The notes beneath the pieces were generated by a model. The model was not told where the DNA came from. It did no database searches and saw nothing but the letters and a program-made list of their open reading frames with translations. Both the position numbers and the translations under genes were made by a program. A stretch of DNA of 64,000 nucleotides from Candidatus Aenigmatarchaeota archaeon (GTDB lineage Archaea; Aenigmatarchaeota; Aenigmatarchaeia; QMZP01; QMZT01). Shown piece by piece: positions 37,567-46,258 of the stretch (the stretch's first letter is position 1; each line of letters opens with the position of its first letter). The stretch spans positions 40,537 to 104,536 of the forward strand of contig JAZDFI010000029.1 in assembly GCA_043808015.1 (NCBI GenBank). The letters run 5' to 3'.

Positions 37567-39204
37567 CTAGTAGTCTTCAGGCATGCCGCCTGCGCCTGGC
37601 ATGGGCGGCATTTTGCCGCCACCGGAACCCGATGATATGATGTCGTCTATTCTCAATATCATTTCCGCGACTTCGCCGGCGCTCTTTATTGCCTGTATCT
37701 TTATTTTAAGCGGCTCTATGACGCCGAGCGCGAGCATGTCGCTGACTTCGCCCGTCATGACGTTAAGGCCCATCGTAAGCTTGTTCTTGTCGTGCTCAGC
37801 CCTGAGCATCGCGAGTTTGTCTATCGGGTCTAGGCCTGCGTTCTCCGCAAGGCTTTTGGGCACGACTTCCATCGCGTTCGCGAAGGCGTTTATGGCCAAC
37901 TGCTCGCGGCCTTTGAATGATTCTGCATATTTCCTGAGTTGCTTGGCCAGCTGAACCTCTATCGCTCCTCCGCCGGGCACTATCTTGCCGAGCTCGAGCG
38001 ACGCGGCTATGCCTTTTACGGCGTCTTCCATCGCGCGTTCGACTTCGTCAATCACGTGTTCGCTGCCGCCGCGGATGAGTATCGTTACGGCTTTCGGGTC
38101 CTTGCATTTTTCGACGAATATCATTTCCTCGCCGGCGATTTTCTTTTCCTCAACCATGCCTGCAAAGCCGATGTCGTTTTTGCCTATGTCCTTGATGCTT
38201 GTGATTATCTTCGCTCCGGTCGCCCTGGCCAGTTTGTCCATGTCGGATTTTTTGACCCTGCGGGCCGCCATAACGCCCGCTTTAGCCAGGTAATGCTGGG
38301 CCATGTCGTCTATGCCCTTCTGGCAGAAAACGACGTTCGCCCCTGTTTTTATCACGATGTCTGTCATATCGCGTATGGTGCGCTCTTCTCCGTCCATGAA
38401 TGCCTGAAGCTTCTCTGGCGAATCGATGCTTATCTTGGCGTCGCCTTCCAGCTCCTTAACCTCGAGTGCGGAATCCATGAGCAGTATCTTCGCCTTCTCG
38501 AATTTCTTGGGCATTGACGAATGGACAACTTCCTTGTCGAGCACGATGCCGTCGATGAGCTCGGTGTCCGACATGGAGCCGCCTGATTTTTTCTCGATTT
38601 TTATGTTTTCAGTGTCCACCGTGACTTTGCCGTCCTTCGCTTCGGCTATCCTCTTCACGGCCTTTACCGCGAGCTCGGAAAGCTTGTCTGAAGCGCGCTC
38701 GGCGGACTTGCCTGTCATGGCCGTGTTAGCGATGTTTCTCAGCGTCTCTTCGTTCTCGATTGTGACGCTCTTGGCGAGCTTCTCGACCAGTTCTAGCGCC
38801 TTGGTTTTAGCAAGCCTGTAGCCCTTCGTCACGACTGTCGGGTGTATCTGCTGCTCCAGAAGCTTTTCTGCCTCAAAAAGGAGTTCGCCCGCGAGTATGA
38901 CTGCCGTCGTCGTGCCGTCGCCGACTGCTTCGTCCTGCGTTTTCGCGACCTCGACCATCATCTTCGCTGCGGGATGCTCTATCTGCATCTCTTTGAGTAT
39001 GGTGGCACCATCGTTGGTTATCGTAATGTCTCCTAGCGAATCGACCAGCATCTTGTCCATGCCTTTTGGTCCAAGTGTGGTGCGAACCGCGTCAGCGACA
39101 AGCTTCGCCGCCGCTATGTTGTTTTTATGGGCTTCCCTGCCCTTCGTCCTGAGCGTTCCTTCAGGTAATATAAATATCGGCTGAATCGACTGCGCTCCGT
39201 TCAT
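37567..39204 (-). CDS. ths: Thermosome (group II chaperonin) subunit
   Basis: [28 protein letters not shown]-like tail. Confidence 0.97.
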   Translation of the reverse strand: MNGAQSIQPIFILPEGTLRTKGREAHKNNIAAAKLVADAVRTTLGPKGMDKMLVDSLGDITITNDGATILKEMQIEHPAAKMMVEVAKTQDEAVGDGTTTAVILAGELLFEAEKLLEQQIHPTVVTKGYRLAKTKALELVEKLAKSVTIENEETLRNIANTAMTGKSAERASDKLSELAVKAVKRIAEAKDGKVTVDTENIKIEKKSGGSMSDTELIDGIVLDKEVVHSSMPKKFEKAKILLMDSALEVKELEGDAKISIDSPEKLQAFMDGEERTIRDMTDIVIKTGANVVFCQKGIDDMAQHYLAKAGVMAARRVKKSDMDKLARATGAKIITSIKDIGKNDIGFAGMVEEKKIAGEEMIFVEKCKDPKAVTILIRGGSEHVIDEVERAMEDAVKGIAASLELGKIVPGGGAIEVQLAKQLRKYAESFKGREQLAINAFANAMEVVPKSLAENAGLDPIDKLAMLRAEHDKNKLTMGLNVMTGEVSDMLALGVIEPLKIKIQAIKSAGEVAEMILRIDDIISSGSGGGKMPPMPGAGGMPEDY

Positions 39205-39282
39205 AAAATCACCTCATTCCTTCCCTTAAATTCATCATCAATCTATACCGGTTTATAATGAGTCAAGAGATATACTCTTTAA

Positions 39283-39314
39283 TATAAGGGTTATTTATAA
39301 ATTTTTCCCTTATA
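39283..39314. promoter_or_regulatory. Inverted repeat TATAAGGG-N16-CCCTTATA bracketing the thermosome TATA box
   Basis: Perfect 8-bp arms; the spacer reads AAAAATTTATAAATAA on the minus strand. Confidence 0.5.
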
Positions 39315-39440
39315 CACTGTAACTATAAGTGGCATGCAAGCAATTTAAAAGGCCACCCCAATATACATAAATCGGCAGCTGTTTTGCGTATTTGGCTGTC
39401 GTTACGCGTGACACAGGTGTGACCTGTGTCTTTCGAACGC

Positions 39441-39570
39441 GGGCTCATAGCTCAGCTGGTTAGAGCGCCGGTCTTATAAGACCGTCAGGCGACATGCCTG
39501 ATAGCTTTGAACCAACACTCATTGGTTATATGAAAGCCGGAGGTCTGGGGTTCGACTCCCCATGAGCCCA
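39441..39570 (+). tRNA. tRNA-Ile(TAT) with 56-nt intron at canonical 37/38 (39479-39534)
   Basis: GGGCTCA/TGAGCCC-A acceptor, D-arm GCTC/GAGC, anticodon stem CCGGT/GCCGG, loop CT-TAT-A^A, T-arm TGGGG-TTCGACT-CCCCA. Confidence 0.9.
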
Positions 39571-39610
39571 TTATTTTAACACTTTTAATGACAATGGCGA
39601 CTGTATTCTT

Positions 39611-40870
39611 ATGAGAATCGTATCCGATCTTCACATCCATTCGCGCTATTCGAGGGCTACAAGCAGTGAGATGAACATAAACAACCTCGTCAAATATGCC
39701 AGAATCAAAGGCGTCACTCTTCTGGGAACCGGCGATTTCACCCATCCTTCATGGCTGGACGAGATAAGAAGTTCGCTTTCGGAAGACGCCAGCGGCATAC
39801 TGAAGACGAATGACGGCTTCCCTTTCATTCTGAGCGGCGAGATATCGAGCATATACTCGCAAGATGGGAAGTTGCACAGAATCCATAACGTCGTGCTCGC
39901 GCCGGATCTGGAGACAGCGGAACAGATAAACTCGGCTCTCATGCGCAAAAAAGTCAAGATCGAGTCCGACGGCAGGCCCATATGCGGAATACCGGCGCCT
40001 GACCTGGTCGAAATGTTCAAGGCTATAAACACGAGGATCGAGATAATCCCCGCGCACATATGGACGCCGTGGTTCTCGCTGTTCGGCTCCAAATCAGGAT
40101 TCGATCGCATCGAAGACTGTTTTCATGACCAGACGAAACACATCCATGCGCTTGAGACCGGGTTGTCTTCGGACCCGGCGATGAACTGGCGGCTATCGCA
40201 ACTGGACAAATTTTCCATGGTTTCTTTCTCTGACTCGCACTCGTTTTGGCCATGGCGCATTGGAAGGGAGGCGACGCTTTTCGAGTTGAAAAGCCTGACG
40301 TATGATAATCTGTTAAAAGCGCTGCGCACGAAAGAAGGCCTTGTGGAAACGATAGAGGTCGACCCCTCTTATGGCAAATACCATTTCGACGGCCATCGCG
40401 TTTGCAACGTATCATTGGAACCGAGCGAAAGTAAAAAAATGAAAAACGTCTGCCCGGTGTGCAGGCGCGAGCTTACTATAGGTGTCCTTCACCGTGTGGA
40501 GGAGCTGGCAGACAGGGAGCACGGCTTCGTCCCGAAAGGAGCGAAACCCTTCCGCTCGCTTTTGCCGCTTTCCGAAATAATATCCGCTGCGACCGGCGCT
40601 AGCGTCAGTTCTAACAAAGTCTGGGAAGAATACAACAAACTCGTCGCAGCTTTCGGCTCAGAACTAAAAGTCCTGCTGGATGCAAGTGATGATCAGCTGA
40701 AAGTTTCGACTTCTGAAAGAGTTGCCAATTTGTTGTTATCTGTAAGAAACGGGAAGGTTAAAATAAAGCCGGGATATGACGGCGTATACGGCGAGATAGA
40801 AAATGCAAAAAAGAGTAAAACTGAAAATGCGCCCTTTAAGAAGCCGCAGAAAACCCTCGGCGAGTTCTGA
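39611..40870 (+). CDS. Endonuclease Q family protein (PHP domain plus Zn motif)
   Basis: DLHIHSRYSRATS, GTGDFTHP, PAHIWTPWFS, ETGLSSD, SDSHS, GKYH…C…CPVC, PGYDGVYG. Confidence 0.9.
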   Translation: MRIVSDLHIHSRYSRATSSEMNINNLVKYARIKGVTLLGTGDFTHPSWLDEIRSSLSEDASGILKTNDGFPFILSGEISSIYSQDGKLHRIHNVVLAPDLETAEQINSALMRKKVKIESDGRPICGIPAPDLVEMFKAINTRIEIIPAHIWTPWFSLFGSKSGFDRIEDCFHDQTKHIHALETGLSSDPAMNWRLSQLDKFSMVSFSDSHSFWPWRIGREATLFELKSLTYDNLLKALRTKEGLVETIEVDPSYGKYHFDGHRVCNVSLEPSESKKMKNVCPVCRRELTIGVLHRVEELADREHGFVPKGAKPFRSLLPLSEIISAATGASVSSNKVWEEYNKLVAAFGSELKVLLDASDDQLKVSTSERVANLLLSVRNGKVKIKPGYDGVYGEIENAKKSKTENAPFKKPQKTLGEF

Positions 40871-40878
40871 TATAAAAT

Positions 40879-41802
40879 TTAATCTCTGCCGACGACCTCA
40901 ATGCTGGTCGAGGCGTCCACGAAATAGTCATACCCGGCTTCGAAGCTGAGACTCTTTTGCACGAAGCCCGTCGTCTGCCCGACATTTATTCTGACCTCGC
41001 ATGTCACGGTCCTGCTCTGCCCCTTCCACAAATCAACTTCCATCTTCCCTGTTTGAAGGTCGCACGATTCCAGTGTAGCTGTCCCTTTTTCGTTTTCGAA
41101 CGTCAGTATTATTTTATTCCAGCTTTTGGGGTCGCTGCATTTGAGGCACGCTATGCCGCCGCCGTTATTCTGAAGGTTTATGTTTATGGGGAACGTTACT
41201 GTGTTTTCCCCCTCCCAGTATCTTATCGGGCCGTTGACCACGACGTCGAGCTGCACCGGACCTTCTGTCGTGCTTACTGTCTCGCTGGGTAACGCACCCC
41301 CCTGGGTTTGCAGTGCCCTGAGTTCGTTCTGCGATGCTATGTTTATTGATTTTATCGTGGTCGTCCTGTAAAGATAATAAAGTCTTAGGCTTGGATTGAA
41401 TGTAACGCTGAGGCCTTTTGGTATGTCATCTGGCGCTTTGCAATTCCATATGCATGTTTTTGATTCGCCTTCGGTACCTCTGTCCGCGTCTTTGGCAAGC
41501 ATTTTTATCGTCTCGCCGCAGCCGTTTGCGCACGATATGGCTATATTCACACCATTCAAATCTTTATCGATGTTGTAGAGTTCTGGCATGATAAAATCCG
41601 CATCCACGGAGCCGGTATTTTTGGCTTTCATCTGCAGCTTGAACGTCTCGCCTGCGTATATTTTCTGGAAATCCGATTCAAAATTTTCTATGACGATGCC
41701 CTGGCCGCTGGACGTCTGGCCACCGAAACTTGTGCAACCGGAAGAAAAAACGACGATGAACAAAGCTAATACTGGCACCAGAGCGCATATTTTGCTATTC
41801 AT
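40879..41802 (-). CDS. Predicted lipoprotein, paralogue 1 of 4
   Basis: Hydrophobic signal ending SSGC; shared family motifs (see findings). Confidence 0.8.
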   Translation of the reverse strand: MNSKICALVPVLALFIVVFSSGCTSFGGQTSSGQGIVIENFESDFQKIYAGETFKLQMKAKNTGSVDADFIMPELYNIDKDLNGVNIAISCANGCGETIKMLAKDADRGTEGESKTCIWNCKAPDDIPKGLSVTFNPSLRLYYLYRTTTIKSINIASQNELRALQTQGGALPSETVSTTEGPVQLDVVVNGPIRYWEGENTVTFPININLQNNGGGIACLKCSDPKSWNKIILTFENEKGTATLESCDLQTGKMEVDLWKGQSRTVTCEVRINVGQTTGFVQKSLSFEAGYDYFVDASTSIEVVGRD

Positions 41803-41834
41803 GATTATAACATACCGAAGAACACTTTTATTTG

Positions 41835-42839
41835 TTAGGACGTCGTTTTTGGTGTCATCGGTTCCGAAGACGGGTAAACAACCACGCCAGTTGTCTTGTC
41901 TATGAAATATCCGTATTCGGCGGTCGCCTCTATTTGTCTTTGCGAAATACCAACCTGGCCGGCAACATTCGCTTTAAGCTTGCATGAAAAAGTCTGCGGG
42001 TCGTTACCCACAAAAGTTATCGTAGTCTCAGCGCAAGACTGGTCGGAAAAGCTGAGCTGGTCATTCAGATATATTTTTACGATGACCGTGTTCCAGTTGT
42101 CATTTTCACCGAGGCCGGACGGGTTCTTCTTTTTGCAGTCGTAGCTGTTAAGCTTGCATACCGTTCCGCCGCCGATGTTTTTAACCGTGAAAACGACCGG
42201 GAATTCCACTTCATCGACGTATGTCCTGATGGGCGTCGCGGTTTCTATATCAACTGAAATCGGCGAGTTTGTTTTGGAATACGATTCTGATGGCACGGAT
42301 TTACCCTGTTGCTCGAGCGCTTTCAACTCTTCCCTGGAAGCGATCGTGATGGTTTTGACTGTGGATGATTTGTATGAATAATAAAATCTCACCCTTGGGT
42401 TGGCGGTTATACTGAGTCCGGATTCGACATCCGGGGTCTTGTATTTCCAGGTGCATACCGTCTCGCCTCCAGTCGTCCCGCGTTCCGCGTCCGCTGGTAA
42501 GAGTGTGATTTTTCTCGTATCATAGCGGCAGTTCTGTTCGACCGGATAAACTTCACCCACATTCCCACGGTCGTCTGTCCAGACCTGGTCGATGCCAAGG
42601 ACCTCGGCAAAGCCTTCTTGCAATGTGAGCGAACCAGTGTTCTTGACTTTCATTCTGAAAGTCACTTCCTCACCCGAATGCACGTTCGCATAGTCCGGGC
42701 TGAATTCTTCAATGATAGCTCCAGTCTGGGCAGGTGTGTTTGAGTTGAACGGGTCAGATCCCAAAAAAGGTATTGTGCAGCCAGATGCTGCTACGACAAG
42801 CAGAATTGGCAAAACAGCGATATAGTTTTTGTATTGCAT
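41835..42839 (-). CDS. Predicted lipoprotein, paralogue 2 of 4
   Basis: AASGC lipobox; KNTGS, YYSY, KNIGGG, EYGY. Confidence 0.8.
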   Translation of the reverse strand: MQYKNYIAVLPILLVVAASGCTIPFLGSDPFNSNTPAQTGAIIEEFSPDYANVHSGEEVTFRMKVKNTGSLTLQEGFAEVLGIDQVWTDDRGNVGEVYPVEQNCRYDTRKITLLPADAERGTTGGETVCTWKYKTPDVESGLSITANPRVRFYYSYKSSTVKTITIASREELKALEQQGKSVPSESYSKTNSPISVDIETATPIRTYVDEVEFPVVFTVKNIGGGTVCKLNSYDCKKKNPSGLGENDNWNTVIVKIYLNDQLSFSDQSCAETTITFVGNDPQTFSCKLKANVAGQVGISQRQIEATAEYGYFIDKTTGVVVYPSSEPMTPKTTS

Positions 42840-42882
42840 GTTATATAATTTGAAAAAAACAAATAAAAAAGGATAAAGTCGG

Positions 42883-43845
42883 TTAAAACTCTTCCGTGCC
42901 CTTTACTGTCAGCTGCGTAACCCCATCTACGGAGTATATGTAGCCGATGTGGACTTTGAATTCTCCGGATGTCCTGCTGGAAGGCGGGTCGAGAATGCTG
43001 AACTCGCACGTGACGTCTGTCGACTTGCCGTTCCAAAGTGTCACGAACGTTCCTGCCGGCTGCTGTAGACCCATGGGCACGTCGTTGTAAAGAGGCGCTA
43101 TCCACTGCGTCTGAGACGGGCAGTAACCGCCTACGGGTATGACCCACTGCGGCCACTCGACCGATATCGCTACCGGATAATCTTCTCCTCTCACCTGTCC
43201 GCCGCCCACGTTGTCGAGCTTTATCTGCAGCTGGAACTTCGAGTCCTTGAATTCATTAGCCTTCACGAAATTTCCTGTCGTAACTGTCACTGAGACCGGG
43301 CCGTTTGATTGTGTCTGCGCTTCGCTTGAAAGGGCATCTCCGGACTGGACTATCCTTCTGAGTTCTTCGGACGTGACGAACCAAACCGGCTTCCTCACGT
43401 TGGTCTCATATGGATAGAAGACTCTCGCCCTGAGCTCGTATGATTTGTCATTTCCTCTTTTGAGCATCGGTGCGATGAGCTGCCAGTTCGCCTTGCCAAG
43501 TCCGCCCTGTGTCTGGGAATCGGTATCGGGCATGAGCAGTGAACCGAGGTCCACGACCATCGAGGGCGTAACGCCCCATTCGACTGGGTCGATGGACATG
43601 AGCTCAGCAATTACGGGCACTCCGTTGCCCAGCTGGCCGTTGTAGCCGCCCTGGTTTCTGACTTCTAATTGCAGCCCAACTCTTTCTCCGGAATCTATAC
43701 TATCAAGCGATGTTTTGAATGTTTCTATTGCTAATCCTGGCCCTCCTGTGCTGACGTTATTCCCTCCAATACAACCGGAAATTGGCACTATTGCTATTAC
43801 GCATAACAGCAAAAGGAATTTCGCATATCTGAATGTGTCGGCCAT
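42883..43845 (-). CDS. Predicted lipoprotein, paralogue 3 of 4
   Basis: PISGC lipobox; RNQGG, FYPY, GPVSV, DNVGGG, GYIY. Confidence 0.8.
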   Translation of the reverse strand: MADTFRYAKFLLLLCVIAIVPISGCIGGNNVSTGGPGLAIETFKTSLDSIDSGERVGLQLEVRNQGGYNGQLGNGVPVIAELMSIDPVEWGVTPSMVVDLGSLLMPDTDSQTQGGLGKANWQLIAPMLKRGNDKSYELRARVFYPYETNVRKPVWFVTSEELRRIVQSGDALSSEAQTQSNGPVSVTVTTGNFVKANEFKDSKFQLQIKLDNVGGGQVRGEDYPVAISVEWPQWVIPVGGYCPSQTQWIAPLYNDVPMGLQQPAGTFVTLWNGKSTDVTCEFSILDPPSSRTSGEFKVHIGYIYSVDGVTQLTVKGTEEF

Positions 43846-43879
43846 ATTTATTTTATGCAAGATTAGGCTTTTATACCTT

Positions 43880-45040
43880 TCAGAGCTTCACGGTCGGCTG
43901 AACCGTGAGCGTGAGCTCTTTTGTGAACTTGTAGAAATAGCCGATTTCTGCCTTTATCTGGTACGTGGTCTCCTGTTTGAGGTCCCCGGTATTAGCAAGC
44001 GTTATGGAGCAGGAGTATTTGGGCGTTTCTGTGCCTATGAAATTAAGGCTGTATTTAGCCGAGTCCGTAGCAGTCGCTATGTGTTTTTTTATACAATCCT
44101 CTATTGGCTTTTTTGATTCCGTTGCACCTGCGTTATCCTTGACAATAGCATCTATTCTTTCCTGCGCACCGCCTGATTGCATGCTTGTTATTTTGAGGCA
44201 CATCTGCTGTGGTCCTATGGCATTACTTGCCGGTTTATCGGGGCATGATGCCGTTCCTGTAACCACATTAACGTTGCCGTCTTTGGATGCCTTCAGGTCC
44301 ATTATACCGCCGCCCTTGTTTTCAACCCAGAAGCTCATGATGCCACCACCAACTGCTCTTATGTCATTTTTCGCTCCATCACTGGCGTCTATGATCAGCG
44401 GCTGGCTAAGGACTTCTATGTATGGTTTCACCGGACCCTCGCCAACCACAAGCGTTCCAGTCTCGGAGAAGCTTTTGCCCTCGTTGACCAGGCGCTCGAC
44501 TTCAGCCTTGTTGACGAACGTCACCGAACCCGAAGCGTAAGTCTTGTAATAGTATCTTGCCATGACGCCTATCTTGCAGGGCGTTTCGACATTGATATCT
44601 TTCGCCGTAAGCTTCCATTCAACCAGCGTTGTCGACTGCGGGTACATCTTCACCGTGCAGGAGCTGTAGCCGTTAATGTCGCTGCTTTCCCAGCCATTTG
44701 TTTTTCCGCTGCACGATTCTCCTTGGACCGTGAACATGCCGCACGTGTTGTAAAGGCCTATCTCCACCTCGTCAATCGCGCTGTATTCCGGTTTTTGCAG
44801 GTCTTTCGCCACAGCTCGCAGGCGTATGGACTGGCCGGAGCGCACGGTCGCCGATGGTATCGCGTCCAGGCGCTCTATGGATATGACGTCATGCCTCTGT
44901 TCCTGCACGTTCATGCCTCCGCCGAAAAGGCTAAGTATGTCAGACAAGAAAGGTATATCGCTGCCGAGTCCGGATGACGTACATCCTGAGCTGAAAACTA
45001 TCAGAAGCAGCGCAGCAATGGCAAAGGCCTGGTTTTTCAT
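43880..45040 (-). CDS. Predicted lipoprotein, paralogue 4 of 4 (longer, more divergent)
   Basis: MKNQAF…FSSGC lipobox; YYYK, EGPVK, ENKGGG, GYFY. Confidence 0.78.
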   Translation of the reverse strand: MKNQAFAIAALLLIVFSSGCTSSGLGSDIPFLSDILSLFGGGMNVQEQRHDVISIERLDAIPSATVRSGQSIRLRAVAKDLQKPEYSAIDEVEIGLYNTCGMFTVQGESCSGKTNGWESSDINGYSSCTVKMYPQSTTLVEWKLTAKDINVETPCKIGVMARYYYKTYASGSVTFVNKAEVERLVNEGKSFSETGTLVVGEGPVKPYIEVLSQPLIIDASDGAKNDIRAVGGGIMSFWVENKGGGIMDLKASKDGNVNVVTGTASCPDKPASNAIGPQQMCLKITSMQSGGAQERIDAIVKDNAGATESKKPIEDCIKKHIATATDSAKYSLNFIGTETPKYSCSITLANTGDLKQETTYQIKAEIGYFYKFTKELTLTVQPTVKL

Positions 45041-45098
45041 AATACTATATTTAACGGTCGAGCATTTATTTTTATTGACAGCGCTAAAAGTATAGATT

Positions 45099-45572
45099 AT
45101 GAAGGGCCAGCTGGTTTTCGAGTTCATAATCGCGGGTCTTATATTTTTCATGATATTGATTTATACGATAAATTACCTCAGCGTCAACGTGTCGGACTAC
45201 AGGAGCAAATTCTACCAGAGCAGGATGCAGAGCAAGGCTATCCAGGTTTCGGAGATTCTCATGGCCGGCCAGTCGAATCTTAGCATCGCTGACGGGAACG
45301 GATTCAATAAAACAAAAATCGGTTTTTTCAACTCGACATACTGCGGCCTTTACAATTACACAAAACTCGCCAAGGATTTTTACATGTATGAAAATCTGAA
45401 TTATGCCATCGTGCCGAATGACATCAGGATAGAGCTGATGATTCCGTCGAGCGGCGAGATTATTCTTAACTGCGGCAGTGCCAATACACCGCGCAACGTG
45501 ACGAGAGCTGAAATTGGCAGGGTTGGCATCTACGATGGACAGGCTGCAAAACTTAGCATTATCGTATGGTGA
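45099..45572 (+). CDS. Minor pilin-like protein (class III signal peptide, Q..xEF type)
   Basis: MKG/QLVFEFIIAGLIFFMILIY. Confidence 0.75.
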   Translation: MKGQLVFEFIIAGLIFFMILIYTINYLSVNVSDYRSKFYQSRMQSKAIQVSEILMAGQSNLSIADGNGFNKTKIGFFNSTYCGLYNYTKLAKDFYMYENLNYAIVPNDIRIELMIPSSGEIILNCGSANTPRNVTRAEIGRVGIYDGQAAKLSIIVW

Positions 45573-45616
45573 CTGCCGACTGGACGGGTTTAAATTATAA
45601 GAGATAATGTATTATC

Positions 45617-46258
45617 ATGAAAGTCATTGTGGTGGGCGGCGGCAGAATTGGCGAAGCGCTTTCCAGGGTTCTCGCCAAGGAGCGGCATGACGTGGTTCTC
45701 ATAGAAAAAAACGAGCGCGTCGCCGAAGAGCTGGCCGATAATCTCGATGCGCTTGTGTTGCATGGCGACGGCTCGGATAAAAACCTGCTGAGAGATGCCA
45801 ACATAAGCTCGACTGATGTTGTGATAGCAGCGACTAATGATGATCATGCGAATGTCATTGTGTGCACCACCGCGAAAGACGCGAAAGTCCCGACTGTCGT
45901 CGCCAGGATAAACCAGCGTGAAAACGAAAAGGATTTTTCAAAAGTTGGCGTGGAAAGCCTGGTTGACGCGACATCGACGGCTGTGCTCGCATTCAAAAAA
46001 GCCATTGAGAGGCCCGGCCGGCCAATAGTGGGCTTCGTCGCCGGCGGCAGGGCTGAAGTGTTCGAAATCGCCGTGAAAAAAGAATCGAAGTTGGCCGGCA
46101 AAGCCATTGGCGAAATCGCAAAAGACTTCTCAGTTGCATGCGTCTTCCGCGAAGATAAATTTCATCTTCCAAAATCAGACATGAAAATCAGGGAAGGCGA
46201 CATCCTGACTGTTTGCGCGCCGGTTGATGAAGTCAAAAAAATAGAAGCTGTGTTTTAA
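45617..46258 (+). CDS. trkA: TrkA-family potassium uptake regulatory subunit
   Basis: IVVGGGRIG, HGDGS, AATNDD..N and an RCK-C domain. Confidence 0.92.
   Translation: MKVIVVGGGRIGEALSRVLAKERHDVVLIEKNERVAEELADNLDALVLHGDGSDKNLLRDANISSTDVVIAATNDDHANVIVCTTAKDAKVPTVVARINQRENEKDFSKVGVESLVDATSTAVLAFKKAIERPGRPIVGFVAGGRAEVFEIAVKKESKLAGKAIGEIAKDFSVACVFREDKFHLPKSDMKIREGDILTVCAPVDEVKKIEAVF

Noticed and set aside
39479-39534. Two nested or tandem introns that would change the tRNA anticodon
   Set aside because: I could not build a second convincing BHB around either internal hairpin; one 37/38 intron gives a complete cloverleaf.
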